Part shown: positions 13,135-23,859 of the stretch, piece by piece | How the letters are laid out: every line of letters begins with the position of its first letter | Numbering within the stretch: position 1 is the first letter of the stretch | DNA from: Desulfosoma sp. | Lineage (GTDB): Bacteria; Desulfobacterota; Syntrophobacteria; Syntrophobacterales; DSM-9756 | Length of the DNA: 64,000 nucleotides | Assembly (NCBI GenBank): GCA_037481835.1 | Contig: JBBFKW010000004.1 | Coordinates: 142,569 to 206,568 of the forward strand | Reading direction: 5' to 3' | Translations under genes and position numbers: made by a program | Notes under the pieces: generated by a model | Database searches by the model: none | What the model saw: only the letters and a program-made list of their open reading frames with translations | Told to the model about the DNA's origin: nothing

Positions 13135-13530
13135 TCAGGAGGCCTTGGGCGGGGGAGGCGTGACGTTCATCGCCATGAGTTTCTTGCTGGTCTCGTAGAC
13201 GACTTCCATCTTTTTCGGGGTGATGACGTTGCTCACCACTCCCAACCCGAAGACGGGATGCCAAATGAGATCGCCTTCTTTGTACGAATCCGACATGTTG
13301 TATTCGGGAACCCCTTCACGGCTGGCTTCCATAAGGCGCACGCGCCAGTCTTCTTCCGTTTTGGGCTTGGGGCTTCCCTTCAAGAGGACGGACGGGATCA
13401 TGTCGTCTTCGTCTTCGATGAGGATTTCTTCCTCTTCGTCCTCGAAGTCCAAGTCCCCGCCGCCTTCGAAGTCCAGGCTGTCGTCTTCGTAGTCTTCCAT
13501 GAGCTGATCTTTGTCCATGTCTTTGGCCAT
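13135..13530 (-). CDS. Hypothetical protein: acidic N-terminus plus C-terminal Tudor/SH3-like domain
   Basis: D/E-rich first ~45 aa; C-terminal YKEGDLIWHPVFGLGVV; GGAG RBS. Confidence 0.75.
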   Translation of the reverse strand: MAKDMDKDQLMEDYEDDSLDFEGGGDLDFEDEEEEILIEDEDDMIPSVLLKGSPKPKTEEDWRVRLMEASREGVPEYNMSDSYKEGDLIWHPVFGLGVVSNVITPKKMEVVYETSKKLMAMNVTPPPPKAS

Positions 13531-13658
13531 CGGTGCTCTCCATGTGGATTCTTGGCTTTACCCCGTAAGGTCCCGAGTCTATTAAAGCCGAGACCGGTCA
13601 AGGTCAAGCCTTTTCACGGCGCGTGCCCGAAACCTTTCCCTTGCAGTGGAGGCGGCGG

Positions 13659-14600
13659 ATGCTGAACGTTTTCATCACCCACATTCTTCCCGTCTTTTCC
13701 ATTATCGGCCTGGGTTACGTGCTCATGCACCGGCACTTCGTCGGGGAGGCTTTTATCGCGGCGGCCAACCGCCTCGTCTATTACGTGGCCGTCCCGGCCA
13801 TGCTCTTCCATGAAGTCGCCCGCTCGTCATTTTCCGAAAACTTCCATGGGGGTGCGGTGCTTTCCATGCTGGCGGGCCTCGGCCTGATCACCGCCTCAGC
13901 GCTCCTGTGCGCCCGCTTCAGTGCAAAGCCCGCCTCATTCAAGGCCACTTTCGTCCACAGCGCCTTTCACGGCAACCTGGGATACATGGCTTACGCCATC
14001 GCGTTCTATGCCTTGGGAGACAAGTTCTTCGCCCAAACCGCCCTCTTGAGCAGTTTTCTCATCATCGCGCAAAATTTTCTCGCCGTCTGCGTCTTCGCCA
14101 CTTTCCGACCCGGCGATGTGTCTCCCGCCGGCCCTCGAGGCATCGATGCAGCCGCGACCCTTAAACGGATCCTGACCAACCCCATCATTGTTTCGGTGAT
14201 GGTCGGAACGGGTTTCTCTTATCTTTCCATTTCGCTGCATCCCGCCGTTTCGCAGTCCCTCAAAATCCTTTCCGGCATGGCCCTGCCCTTGGCCCTGCTC
14301 CTCATCGGCACCTCCCTTTCCTTTCGGGCGTTGGGAAAGCTCATCCCGGCCATAAGCGTCATCGGGTTCCTGAAATTGATCCTTTTTCCCATACTCGTCT
14401 ACGGGCTGATGCGCTGGGCATCCGTGCCCCGCTCCTTCCACGTGCCGGTCTTGATCCTGACGGCAGCCCCACCGGCGACCGTCACCTACATCATGGCTTC
14501 GGAACTGGGCGGCGACACCGAACTGGCCGCCGCGGCCACGTCGCTTCTGACCTTGATCTCCGGCTGCACGTATGCGGTTTTGCTTTCGGTGCCCTGGTAA
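13659..14600 (+). CDS. AEC family (auxin efflux carrier-like) membrane transporter
   Basis: About 10 hydrophobic helices; ILPVFSII, YYVAVPAMLF, GNLGYM, NPIIVS, LALLLIG, PPAT..Y..A; GGAGG RBS. Confidence 0.88.
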   Translation: MLNVFITHILPVFSIIGLGYVLMHRHFVGEAFIAAANRLVYYVAVPAMLFHEVARSSFSENFHGGAVLSMLAGLGLITASALLCARFSAKPASFKATFVHSAFHGNLGYMAYAIAFYALGDKFFAQTALLSSFLIIAQNFLAVCVFATFRPGDVSPAGPRGIDAAATLKRILTNPIIVSVMVGTGFSYLSISLHPAVSQSLKILSGMALPLALLLIGTSLSFRALGKLIPAISVIGFLKLILFPILVYGLMRWASVPRSFHVPVLILTAAPPATVTYIMASELGGDTELAAAATSLLTLISGCTYAVLLSVPW

Positions 14601-14607
14601 AATCCCG

Positions 14608-16035
14608 TCAAAAGGATCTCTGCGGGCTCTGCGTGCCGGGGTCTTCTTCATCGTCTTCAGTGGTGAGGCCGTGTTTGAGGAGCCTGTAGCGGAAGGATCG
14701 GAAGGTGAGTCCCAGGAGCCGGGCGGCTTTTTGCTTGGACCCGCCGGACCGTTCCAGAGCCTGGAGGAGGAGGCTTTTTTCCAAATCCGCGAGGAACTTG
14801 GGAAGGTCCATGCCTTCAGGAGGCAGCACGGGTCGAAGGGTTTCTTTGTCGTCCTGGCGTTTCTTTCTATATGCGGCAATGGTCAAACTCTCGGGGAGAA
14901 TGATGCTCGACGATTCCAGGGCCACCCCTCGTTCGATGATGTTTTCCAGCTCCCGGACGTTTCCCGGAAAATCGTAGCTTTTGAGAATATCCATGGCGTA
15001 GGAGGAAATCTTTTGAATGTCCTTGCCGAAGGCCTTGGAAAATTTGGCGAGGAAGTAATCGGCGAGCAGCGGAATGTCTTCGCGTCTTTCCCTCAAAGGA
15101 GGCATCCGCAGCTGGATGACATTCAGGCGAAAGTAAAGGTCCTCCCGGAACTGTCGGTCGATGATCATTTGTTCGAGGTCTCGGTTGGTGGCGGAGATGA
15201 TGCGCACATCCACGGGGATATCCACCGTGTCCCCCACCATGCGGATGGTCTTTTCCTGCACCACGCGGAGCAATTTTACCTGAAGGCTCGGCGACAGTTC
15301 GCCGATTTCGTCCAAGAACAACGTGCCGCCCTGCGCCGCCTCCACCAGCCCTTTTCGATCCGCGGCGGCGCCCGTAAAAGCCCCTTTTCGGGAACCGAAA
15401 AGCTCGCTTTCCATGAGGGATTCGGGCACCCCGGCGCAGTTGACGGCAACGAAAGGTTTGTCCGCCCGGGGGCTCCGACGGTGTATGGCCTTGGCGACCA
15501 GTTCCTTGCCCGTGCCGCTTTCGCCCGTGATGAGCACGTTGCTCGTGGTGGCCGAAACCCGTTCGATGAGTTCGTAGATCTTTTTCATGGCCGGGCTTTC
15601 GCCGATCATGCACCCGAAATACAAGGGACCTTGGCGGGCATGCGGCGGCAGCTCCCGACCTCGGGTCTTCAGGGCGTTCTGAATGACCCGGCGCATCTCA
15701 TCGATCTTGAACGGCTTGGGCAAGTAGTCGTAGGCGCCTTCGCGCATGGCGGCCACGGCGGTTTCCGTGCTGGCGTAGGCCGAAATGATGATGACGACGG
15801 TTGAGGGGCACAACTGCTTGCACTGCCTGAGGACTTCCAAGCCATCCACGGGCTTCATGCGGATGTCGGTGATCACCAGGTCGAAGGCTTGCTGCTTGAG
15901 GATTTCCAAGGCTTCCACGCCGCTTGCCGCGCAGCGCACCGCATAGCCGTCCTTTTGGAGCATGATCTCAAGAAATTCCCGCATGCTCCGTTCATCGTCC
16001 ACCACGAGGATCCGACCGTCGGCGTGCTGCACCAT
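14608..16035 (-). CDS. Sigma-54-dependent response regulator (NtrC/PilR-like)
   Basis: REC domain (VVDDE, TDIRM, KPF), GESGTGKE, GAFTGA, FLDEIGE, PGNVRELEN, Fis-type HTH. Confidence 0.93.
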   Translation of the reverse strand: MVQHADGRILVVDDERSMREFLEIMLQKDGYAVRCAASGVEALEILKQQAFDLVITDIRMKPVDGLEVLRQCKQLCPSTVVIIISAYASTETAVAAMREGAYDYLPKPFKIDEMRRVIQNALKTRGRELPPHARQGPLYFGCMIGESPAMKKIYELIERVSATTSNVLITGESGTGKELVAKAIHRRSPRADKPFVAVNCAGVPESLMESELFGSRKGAFTGAAADRKGLVEAAQGGTLFLDEIGELSPSLQVKLLRVVQEKTIRMVGDTVDIPVDVRIISATNRDLEQMIIDRQFREDLYFRLNVIQLRMPPLRERREDIPLLADYFLAKFSKAFGKDIQKISSYAMDILKSYDFPGNVRELENIIERGVALESSSIILPESLTIAAYRKKRQDDKETLRPVLPPEGMDLPKFLADLEKSLLLQALERSGGSKQKAARLLGLTFRSFRYRLLKHGLTTEDDEEDPGTQSPQRSF

Positions 16036-16050
16036 GCGACTTCGAGCCCC

Positions 16051-17352
16051 CTAGCGGAACGGATAGCGCACGAGTCCATCGACCAGGGTCATGACAACAC
16101 GGCCCCGCCCGGACCATCCCCGGAAAGGACAGTTGCGCCCTTTGGATTGGAACCCTTCCGGGTCGATGACGACCTCCGCTTCGGGGTCGATAACCGTCAC
16201 ATGGGCCGGGAATCCCGGCTGGAGGGACCCCATGGGAATCCCGAGGATTCTTGAAGGGTTGCAGGTTACTTTGGCGAGGATGTCCAAGGGGTCCCCCACG
16301 CCGTCACGAATGAGGCTCAAAACGAGGGGCAGGGCCGATTCGAGGCCGATCATGCCGTTGGCGGCATCCTGAAACTCCGTGTCTTTTTCCAGGACGCTGT
16401 GAGGGGCGTGATCGGTGGCGATGGCATCGATGGTCCCATCCGCCAGGCCCTCCTTGACCGCTTCCACATCGCGGCGGGTGCGCAACGGCGGATTGACCTT
16501 GAAGACGGTGTCGAAACCCTCCACGCACTCGTCGGTCAGCGTAAAGTAGTGGGGCGCCGTTTCGCACGTGACGGCAATGCCGCGCCGCTTAGCCTCCCGA
16601 AGGATCCACACCGACGCCTCCGTGCTCACATGGGCGATATGGAGGCGGCCTCCCGTGAGTTCGGCCAGGAGCACGTCGCGGGCGATCATGGTCGCTTCCG
16701 CGGCCGCGGGAATGCCCTGCAGTCCCAGCCGCGTGGACACAAGCCCTTCATGCATGTGGCCGCCACGGGACAAGGCCTCGTCCTCGGCATGGCTGATGAC
16801 CACGAGGTCGAAGGCCCTGGCGTATTCCAAAGCCCGCCGCATGAGCGCGGCGTTTGTCACGGGGCGGCCGTCGTCGGAGACGGCCACCGCACCCGCTTCA
16901 CGAAGCTCTCCGAACTCCGAAAGCTCCTGTCCCTTGAGCCCCTTGCTGATGGCCGCCACGGGATAGACCCGGCAGAATCCTTGTTCCTGGGCGCGGCGCC
17001 GGATGAATTCCGTCACCGCCGCACAATCGTTTACAGGATGGGTGTTGGGCATGCAGGCGACGGCGCCGAATCCGCCCGCCACAGCGGCGGCCGTTCCCGT
17101 GGCGATGGTCTCCTTGTATTCTTCGCCGGGTTCCCTCAAGTGGACATGCATGTCCACCCACGCGGGCACAACCCACTTGCCCGTCACATCGATCACGCGG
17201 GCTTGCGGCGACGGCACGATGTCTTTGGGGTCCCAGACGACGGCCTGGATATGACCGTCTCGGATCACCACGTCGCCGACCCTGTCGATCCGCCGTTCCG
17301 GATCCAGGATGCGGCCGCCCCTAAGAATCATCTCCACGGCTTCCTCCCTCAT
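16051..17352 (-). CDS. pyrC: Dihydroorotase
   Basis: DMHVHLREPG, CMPNT, HIAHVST, CETAPHY, KVNPPLR, IATDHAPH. Start uncertain (17331-17388). Confidence 0.95.
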   Translation of the reverse strand: MREEAVEMILRGGRILDPERRIDRVGDVVIRDGHIQAVVWDPKDIVPSPQARVIDVTGKWVVPAWVDMHVHLREPGEEYKETIATGTAAAVAGGFGAVACMPNTHPVNDCAAVTEFIRRRAQEQGFCRVYPVAAISKGLKGQELSEFGELREAGAVAVSDDGRPVTNAALMRRALEYARAFDLVVISHAEDEALSRGGHMHEGLVSTRLGLQGIPAAAEATMIARDVLLAELTGGRLHIAHVSTEASVWILREAKRRGIAVTCETAPHYFTLTDECVEGFDTVFKVNPPLRTRRDVEAVKEGLADGTIDAIATDHAPHSVLEKDTEFQDAANGMIGLESALPLVLSLIRDGVGDPLDILAKVTCNPSRILGIPMGSLQPGFPAHVTVIDPEAEVVIDPEGFQSKGRNCPFRGWSGRGRVVMTLVDGLVRYPFR

Positions 17353-17384
17353 CGTCCCAGGGCTCCCTTTCGGGAAGCGCGCCT

Positions 17385-18317
17385 TCAACCCGCCGACTCG
17401 TCCCGCTGCACCAGCAGGTAAAGCAGCGCCATGCGCACGGCCACACCGTTGGTCACCTGATCCAAGATCACGGAATGGGGCCCGTCGGCCACATCGGGAC
17501 TGATTTCCACGCCGCGATTCATGGGCCCCGGATGCATGATCAGGACATCGGGCTTGGCGTGAGCCAGTTTCCTGCGATCGATCCCGTAGTAGGCGGCGTA
17601 TTCCCGCAAAGAAGGCAACAACCCCTGTCCTTGCCTTTCCTTTTGGAGGCGCAGGACCATGATGACGTCCGCTGAAGGAATCACGGGTTCCAACTGCAGG
17701 GAGACTGTCACCGGAAGCTGGTCCATATGGGACGGCACAAGCGTGGGCGGGCCGCAGACCACGACCCGGGCCCCCATCTTGGTCAGGCCCCAGATGTTGG
17801 ATCGAGCCACCCGGCTGTGGGCAATGTCGCCTACGATGAGCACGGTCAGCCCCTCCAGGCGCCCCTTGCGTTCCCGGATGGTCAGCATGTCCAAGAGGGC
17901 CTGGGACGGATGCTCATGCATGCCGTCGCCGGCGTTGATCACCGAGGCCGTCGTGCGCTGCGCGACGCGATGCGGGGTTCCCGAAGCCGAATGGCGGATG
18001 ATGAAGACATCCGGGCGCATGGCTTCCAAGTTCTTGATCGTATCCAGAAAGGTTTCGCCCTTGACCATGGAACTGGTGGTCGTGGCGATGCTGTAGGTGT
18101 CCGCGCTGAGTCGCTTGGCCGCAATGTCAAAGGATGTGCGCGTTCGAGTGCTCGGTTCGTAAAAGAGATGCACAACGGTTTTGCCCCGAAGGGTGGGGAC
18201 TTTCTTGATGGAGCGGGTGTTGATTTCTTTGAGGGATTCGGCGGTATCGAGAATGGTTTCGATTTCATGGACCTCCAAATCCCGCATACCCAGAAGGTCT
18301 TTCCTCGTAAAGGCCAT
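17385..18317 (-). CDS. pyrB: Aspartate carbamoyltransferase catalytic subunit
   Basis: [43 protein letters not shown]. Confidence 0.97.
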   Translation of the reverse strand: MAFTRKDLLGMRDLEVHEIETILDTAESLKEINTRSIKKVPTLRGKTVVHLFYEPSTRTRTSFDIAAKRLSADTYSIATTTSSMVKGETFLDTIKNLEAMRPDVFIIRHSASGTPHRVAQRTTASVINAGDGMHEHPSQALLDMLTIRERKGRLEGLTVLIVGDIAHSRVARSNIWGLTKMGARVVVCGPPTLVPSHMDQLPVTVSLQLEPVIPSADVIMVLRLQKERQGQGLLPSLREYAAYYGIDRRKLAHAKPDVLIMHPGPMNRGVEISPDVADGPHSVILDQVTNGVAVRMALLYLLVQRDESAG

Positions 18318-18433
18318 GAGTGCGTCCTCGATGTGTGTTCCAAGACCCCAGGAGACCTCTTTTCGAGAAAATTACCATGTTTCGAACGGAAAAGTGAGGG
18401 AAAAATCGGACGCCGGGACGTCCTACAGGGTTC

Positions 18434-18462
18434 TTGACACCCCAACCCAATCCCGATAAATG
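18434..18462 (+). promoter_or_regulatory. Putative sigma-70 promoter upstream of greA leader
   Basis: Perfect TTGACA at 18434, then 17 nt, then a weak -10 (TAAATG). Confidence 0.45.
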
Positions 18463-18468
18463 AATCTG

Positions 18469-18605
18469 CACCTCAAAGCCGTTCCCTTTTCCTGCGATTT
18501 CGGCCTTTGGGACCCGCACCGGCATCGCCCCCAGACCGTTTCGGCTCGTTCGATCCGAAACGTTTCGGGCCGTGTCGGCGCCGCTATGGGACGGTTTTGA
18601 CGGTG
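18469..18605 (+). ncRNA. Candidate structured RNA / greA 5' leader (rod-like)
   Basis: Nested helices read by eye: 18469-18485 with 18588-18605; 18519-18525 with 18572-18578; 18537-18544 with 18555-18562. Confidence 0.4.
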
Positions 18606-18630
18606 AATTCAACGGATCTGGAGGCAGACC

Positions 18631-19101
18631 ATGGAAAGGGTTCCCATTACTCGGGAAGGGTACGAAAGACTGCGCCAGGAACTGCAGCGGCTCCAAAAGG
18701 AAGAACGCCCCAAGGTCATCAAGGCCATCGAAGAAGCCCGCGGCCACGGCGATCTTTCGGAAAACGCCGAATATGAAGCCGCCAAGGAAAAACAGGCCCT
18801 CATCGAAGGGCGCATCGCCGATATCCAGGAAAAGCTGGCCTGCTGCGAAATCGTGGAAACCAACGGCTCCGACGGCGGCAAGGCCATGTTCGGCCTGACC
18901 GTCGTCCTGGAAGATTTGGACAGCGGCGAAGAACACACGTACCGCCTCGTCGGGCCTTACGAAGCGGACATTCAGTCGGGGACGCTGTCGGTGACCTCGC
19001 CCCTGGGCAAGGCCTTAATCGGCAAAGAAGAAGGAGATACCGTTTCTGTCCGCACTCCCAAGGGCATCCGGCAGCTGGAAATCGTGGAAGTGCGCCCGTA
19101 G
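18631..19101 (+). CDS. greA: Transcription elongation factor GreA
   Basis: PITREG, ARGHGDLSENAEYEAAKE, SPLGKALIGK. Confidence 0.97.
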   Translation: MERVPITREGYERLRQELQRLQKEERPKVIKAIEEARGHGDLSENAEYEAAKEKQALIEGRIADIQEKLACCEIVETNGSDGGKAMFGLTVVLEDLDSGEEHTYRLVGPYEADIQSGTLSVTSPLGKALIGKEEGDTVSVRTPKGIRQLEIVEVRP

Positions 19102-19139
19102 CGGGCCCTGCAGAGCTCGGGCGCCGGGTGGAAAGCTTC

Positions 19140-19168
19140 TTGACAGGTGGCCGATGGGCCGGTAAAAA
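19140..19168 (+). promoter_or_regulatory. Putative sigma-70 promoter for rpsT
   Basis: TTGACA-N17-TAAAAA, followed by the hairpin GGTCCCT-AAA-AGGGACC (19173-19189). Confidence 0.5.
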
Positions 19169-19241
19169 GCAAGGTCCCTAAAAGGGACCCAGCGCCTTGT
19201 CCGGGCATGATGACGGTGAGAAACTGAAGGAGGGAGAGGTT

Positions 19242-19520
19242 TTGGCCAATCACAAGTCTGCGATCAAGAGAGCCAAGCAAAGTGAGGCCCGCCGCATGCG
19301 CAACCGCATGCGCAAGAGCCGCATGAAGACCGCCATTCGAAAACTGGAAGAAGCCATTCGCAACAACGCCGTGGACGAGGCCGTCGAGCGTCTTCGGGAA
19401 GCGACTTCCATTATTGCGAAAACCGCTTCCAAGGGCACCATCCATCGCAATACGGCGTCGCGCAAAATTTCCAGGCTGACCCGAAAGGTAAACGGACTCA
19501 AGGCGGCGCGAAGCGCCTGA
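19242..19520 (+). CDS. rpsT: 30S ribosomal protein S20
   Basis: TTG start; ANHKSAIKRAKQSE, KGTIHRNTASRKISRL. Confidence 0.96.
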   Translation: MANHKSAIKRAKQSEARRMRNRMRKSRMKTAIRKLEEAIRNNAVDEAVERLREATSIIAKTASKGTIHRNTASRKISRLTRKVNGLKAARSA

Positions 19521-19579
19521 TCCATTTTCCCCCGTCACGGCACTGCCTTCGCGCAGCGCCGCTCTCTGCGTCCCGTCGC

Positions 19580-20629
19580 TCAGCCCACAGGGATCGTGCG
19601 AGGCGGGCCCTTCACCGGGTCCGCCTCTTTTTGTGCCCTCACGGCGCACATTTGGTAGATCACCGCCTCCAAGGCCCGATCGGGACTGAGGGCGGTGGTC
19701 TTCAGGGCCAAGTCCACGGCCGTCAAGGTTCCATGGAGGTGTTCCAGCGCCTCCGCGGAAAAACGCGGCGCATGCCGAGCGGTTTTTTCCACAACGAAGG
19801 CGGGAAGATGCAGTTTCCGGCCCATGGCCGCCACGGTCTCTCCACGGGCCAGGCCGTCCTTGATTTGCCACATGAGGCGCACGTGACGGGCCAGAAGAGC
19901 CATCAGGGCCAGCGGGGAATCGCCTTTGAGAAGCACCTGCCGAAGCGCTTCGAAGGCGGCCTCGGGCCGCCTTTCCGCCACATGGTCCATGAGCTTGAAG
20001 ATGTGTTCCGATCGAACCCGGCTGCAGGCGGCGTCCACGTCTTCCGCCGTGATGCGCGGCGCATCCCCCACATAAAGGCAAAGTTTTTCGATTTCCCTTT
20101 CCAGGGCGTAAAGATCCGGTCCCACCGCATCCACGAGCTGCGCCGCCACGGCCGGCTTCATGGTCTTGCCGTACCCCGCCGCCTTTTCTTGAACCCAGGC
20201 GGGCAGTTGACGTTCCGGAATCGGCGTGAAATCGACGATGAGGCCCCGGCCTTCCACGGCCTTTTCCAGAGCCTTCCAGCTCTTCTTGCTCCCCACCGTG
20301 AGCACCAGATGAGCGCGCGGGTTGGGATCGGCTGCGTATCGTTCCAGCAGTTCCCGCTGCTCTTTGGGCCACTGGTCCACATCCCGAACGCGAAGCACCC
20401 GTCGCGGGGCAAACATGGGAACCGTGCGGACTCTGCCCACCACCTCGTGGGCCGTCACGTCCCTTGCGTCCATCTGTTCGCCTTTGACCGGCTTTTCTTC
20501 GAGGGACGCCACCGCATGAACCAGGGCCTCCCAGGCCTTGTCCATGAGGGCGGTCTCATCGCCTCGGAAAAGATAGACGCTTGCGGGGGGGGCTTCGCGC
20601 AGGTGTTTGAAAAAGAGGCGGCTGTCCAT
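19580..20629 (-). CDS. holA: DNA polymerase III delta subunit
   Basis: VYLFRGDE, PMFAPRR, LEREIEKLCLY, DLALKT; leuS-lptE-holA-rpsT synteny. Confidence 0.88.
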   Translation of the reverse strand: MDSRLFFKHLREAPPASVYLFRGDETALMDKAWEALVHAVASLEEKPVKGEQMDARDVTAHEVVGRVRTVPMFAPRRVLRVRDVDQWPKEQRELLERYAADPNPRAHLVLTVGSKKSWKALEKAVEGRGLIVDFTPIPERQLPAWVQEKAAGYGKTMKPAVAAQLVDAVGPDLYALEREIEKLCLYVGDAPRITAEDVDAACSRVRSEHIFKLMDHVAERRPEAAFEALRQVLLKGDSPLALMALLARHVRLMWQIKDGLARGETVAAMGRKLHLPAFVVEKTARHAPRFSAEALEHLHGTLTAVDLALKTTALSPDRALEAVIYQMCAVRAQKEADPVKGPPRTIPVG

Positions 20630-20637
20630 GGTCTTCG

Positions 20638-21156
20638 TCAAAACCGACTCATGAACCGGTCGAAAATCCTGGCGGCCGTCTCTCGGGCCGCCCTTTTCAG
20701 CGCGTCCTGCCGATTCTGAAACGCAACCGTGGATTCCGGGTTTTGCAGGTAGTCTTCGAAATAGGTCAGCGCCCGGTCCTGCCACAGGATCGCTCCCGAT
20801 TCTCGCTCGACGCATCGCACATCCAAGGTGACCGTAAGCCGTGTGAGCACGGTATCCTGGGCCTTGCGGTGCGCCACATCGGTGGTGGAAAGGCGCCGAA
20901 TCTGGCCGATGAAAACGGCGTCCGCCTGGGACTCCGGAACCAGCCGAAGCCGGCTCTTCATGAGGAACTCCTGGCGCAAGGCTCCGGTAAAGACGGCTTC
21001 GATGCCGGGTTCCGCCGTGAGGTTTTCGAAGACGGGAACGGCCACGGTGCGGATGCGCGGGTCCAGGTTCGTGCCGTCCCCGGCGAACCGATAGCCGCAG
21101 GAGACGGCACACAAGAGGAGGGCCATTGTCAGAACGCCCCATCGGCTTGGGCCCAT
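20638..21156 (-). CDS. lptE: LptE-like LPS assembly lipoprotein
   Basis: Lipobox AVSC followed by GYRF, VAVPVFEN; located between leuS and holA. Confidence 0.8.
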   Translation of the reverse strand: MGPSRWGVLTMALLLCAVSCGYRFAGDGTNLDPRIRTVAVPVFENLTAEPGIEAVFTGALRQEFLMKSRLRLVPESQADAVFIGQIRRLSTTDVAHRKAQDTVLTRLTVTLDVRCVERESGAILWQDRALTYFEDYLQNPESTVAFQNRQDALKRAARETAARIFDRFMSRF

Positions 21157-21184
21157 GAGTCCCTCCTCTTCCGTGTATGCCTTA

Positions 21185-23680
21185 CTAGAGGACGATGTTG
21201 ATCAATTTTTTCGGGACGACGATGACCTTGCGGACGGGTTTTCCGCCGAGAAAGCTTTGAATCTTGGGATCGGCCAAGGCCATCTCCTTCAGGCGCTCTT
21301 CCGAGGTGTCCGCCGGAACCGTGAGGCGGCTGCGCAGTTTCCCGTTCACCTGGACCACCACGAGGACCGTATCCGCCGCCAGGGCCTCTTCGCGATACGT
21401 GGGCCACGGTCTCTTGGCCACACTGGGAGCCATCCCCAGCTCGACCCACAGCTCTTCGGCGATGTGCGGGGCCATGGGCGAGAGCATGAGAACGACCGCC
21501 TCCACGGCCTCTCGAAGCACCGGCCAACACTGCGGCTCTTCCTTGGCCTTCTCGAGGACGGCGTAGATCTCGTTCACCAGTTCCATGATGGCGGCAATGG
21601 CCGTGTTGAAATGGAACCGCTGCTCGATATCTTCAGTGACCTTCTTGATGGTCTGATGGGTTTTGCGGTGCAGACTTTGGAGCTCTTGGGGCAAGGGCGC
21701 CGAGCCGTCATAGGGGCGTGCGCCCTTGAGTGTCTCCAGATTTTCGGCCACAAGGCGCCACACACGTCCCAGAAAGCGGGACGCCCCTTCCACACCCTGA
21801 TCGCTCCATTCCAGCTCTTTTTCCGGGGGAGCGGCGAAAAGGCAGAACAGGCGGACCGTATCCGCCCCGTAAGCGCGGATCATGTCGTCGGGATCCACCA
21901 CGTTCCCCTTGGATTTGCTCATCTTGGCGCCGTCTTTGATCACCATGCCCTGGGTGAGCAGATTGGTGAAGGGCTCGTCCACCTGCAGATAGCCCATGTC
22001 TCGAAGCACCTTGGTGAAAAACCGGGAATAGAGCAAGTGGAGCACGGCGTGTTCGATCCCGCCGATGTACTGATCCACGGGCATCCAATAGTGGACTCGG
22101 GAACCGTCCAGCGGGCCCTGGTCGTAGTCGGCGCAGGCGAATCGAGCGAAATACCACGACGATTCCACGAAAGTGTCCATGGTGTCCGTCTCTCGCCGAC
22201 CGGGCCCTCCGCACCGGGGACATTGCGTCTTGACAAAGGCTTCGCTGAACGGCAGGGGAGAGGCCCCGTTTTCGGGCATCTCCAGGTCCAGAGGCAGAAG
22301 AACGGGAAGATCCTTTTCGTTCACGGGCACAGTGCCGCATTGATCGCAATAGACGATGGGAATGGGGGCGCCCCAGTAGCGCTGGCGGGATATCCCCCAA
22401 TCCCGAAGCCGGTATTGGACCGTGAGGCTCCCTTGCCCCTTGGCCTCCAAATCCCGCGTGATGGCCTCCCGGGCCTGGGCCGAACTCATGCCGGTGTACG
22501 GGCCGGAGTTGACCAGCACGCCGTCCTCTTCGAAGGCGTGGGTCAAGGCGTCGGGTTCCGGTGTCGCGGCGGTTTCGTTTTCCTTGATGACCACTTTAAG
22601 GGGGAGGCCGTATTTTCGGGCGAACTCGAAATCCCTCTGGTCGTGGGCCGGTACCGCCATCACGGCCCCTGTGCCGTATTCCATGACCACGAAATTCGCC
22701 ACAAAAATGGGCATCCGTTCTCCGGTCATGGGATTGATGCAGTAGGAGCCGGTAAAGATTCCCTCTTTTTCCAGCAAATCGGCGACGCGGTCGCTGCGTT
22801 TGGCTTGTTTGGCCTTCTCCACAAAGGCCAGCACGGCGTCTTCATGCTCGGATCCCCGGCACAGCTCGGCGACCATGGGGTGCTCCGGAGCCAGGCTCAT
22901 GAAAGTGGCCCCGAAGAGGGTATCGGATCGGGTCGTGAACACTTCGATAAAGCCTTGGCCTGAGGCCAGAGGAAATCGGATGGTGCTGCCGAAGCTCTTG
23001 CCGATCCAGTTGCGCTGCATGGTCAAAACACGCTCGGGCCAGCCGGGGAGCTTGTCCAGGTAGTCCAAGAGCTCTTCCACGTAAGCCGTGATCTTGAAAA
23101 ACCATTGCTCCATTTCCTTTTGGATCACCGGCTGATCGCAGCGCCAGCATGCGCCGTCTTCAACCTGCTCGTTGGCGAGCACCGTCTGACACGTGTTGCA
23201 CCAGTTGACGTAGGATTTTTTCTTGTAGGCCAAACCCCGTTCGAACATTTTGATGAAGAAGAGCTGTTCCCACCGATAATAGGACGGATCGCACGTGGCC
23301 AATTCCCTGGACCAGTCGTAGGAAAAGCCCAGCTGTTTGAGCTGGCTGCGCATGTAGTCGATGTTGTCGTAGGTCCATTTGGCGGGATGGGTTTTGGCTT
23401 TGATGGCCGCGTTTTCCGCCGGCATGCCGAAGGCGTCCCATCCCATGGGGTGGAGCACGTTATAGCCGCGCATGGACAAGAACCTGGCCACCACGTCCCC
23501 GATGGAATAGTTGCGCACGTGGCCCATGTGGATGCGGCCCGAAGGGTAGGGAAACATTTCCAGAAGGTAAAATTTCTTCTTCCCCGGATCTTCCGAGGCC
23601 CTAAAGAGCTGCTCCCGCTCCCAGTAATCCTGCCATTTCTTTTCAATGCTCTTCGGGTTGTATCGACTTTCCATCACCAA
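21185..23680 (-). CDS. leuS: Leucine--tRNA ligase
   Basis: [42 protein letters not shown]. Confidence 0.98.
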   Translation of the reverse strand: MVMESRYNPKSIEKKWQDYWEREQLFRASEDPGKKKFYLLEMFPYPSGRIHMGHVRNYSIGDVVARFLSMRGYNVLHPMGWDAFGMPAENAAIKAKTHPAKWTYDNIDYMRSQLKQLGFSYDWSRELATCDPSYYRWEQLFFIKMFERGLAYKKKSYVNWCNTCQTVLANEQVEDGACWRCDQPVIQKEMEQWFFKITAYVEELLDYLDKLPGWPERVLTMQRNWIGKSFGSTIRFPLASGQGFIEVFTTRSDTLFGATFMSLAPEHPMVAELCRGSEHEDAVLAFVEKAKQAKRSDRVADLLEKEGIFTGSYCINPMTGERMPIFVANFVVMEYGTGAVMAVPAHDQRDFEFARKYGLPLKVVIKENETAATPEPDALTHAFEEDGVLVNSGPYTGMSSAQAREAITRDLEAKGQGSLTVQYRLRDWGISRQRYWGAPIPIVYCDQCGTVPVNEKDLPVLLPLDLEMPENGASPLPFSEAFVKTQCPRCGGPGRRETDTMDTFVESSWYFARFACADYDQGPLDGSRVHYWMPVDQYIGGIEHAVLHLLYSRFFTKVLRDMGYLQVDEPFTNLLTQGMVIKDGAKMSKSKGNVVDPDDMIRAYGADTVRLFCLFAAPPEKELEWSDQGVEGASRFLGRVWRLVAENLETLKGARPYDGSAPLPQELQSLHRKTHQTIKKVTEDIEQRFHFNTAIAAIMELVNEIYAVLEKAKEEPQCWPVLREAVEAVVLMLSPMAPHIAEELWVELGMAPSVAKRPWPTYREEALAADTVLVVVQVNGKLRSRLTVPADTSEERLKEMALADPKIQSFLGGKPVRKVIVVPKKLINIVL

Positions 23681-23859
23681 CGTCCTCGTTCAGTGTCTTT
23701 CCGGCGCACGCCGGGATCACCAGCCGACCGACAAAAGCGCTTGCCTTGTAACACAGGCGCCTGCCGTGCGCAACGGAAGACACGGAAAAGAGGCCGTCAG
23801 GCGAGGGCGTGTGACGACGCCGACCAAGAATCGGCCTGGAAGGAAAAGGACCGGCGGGC

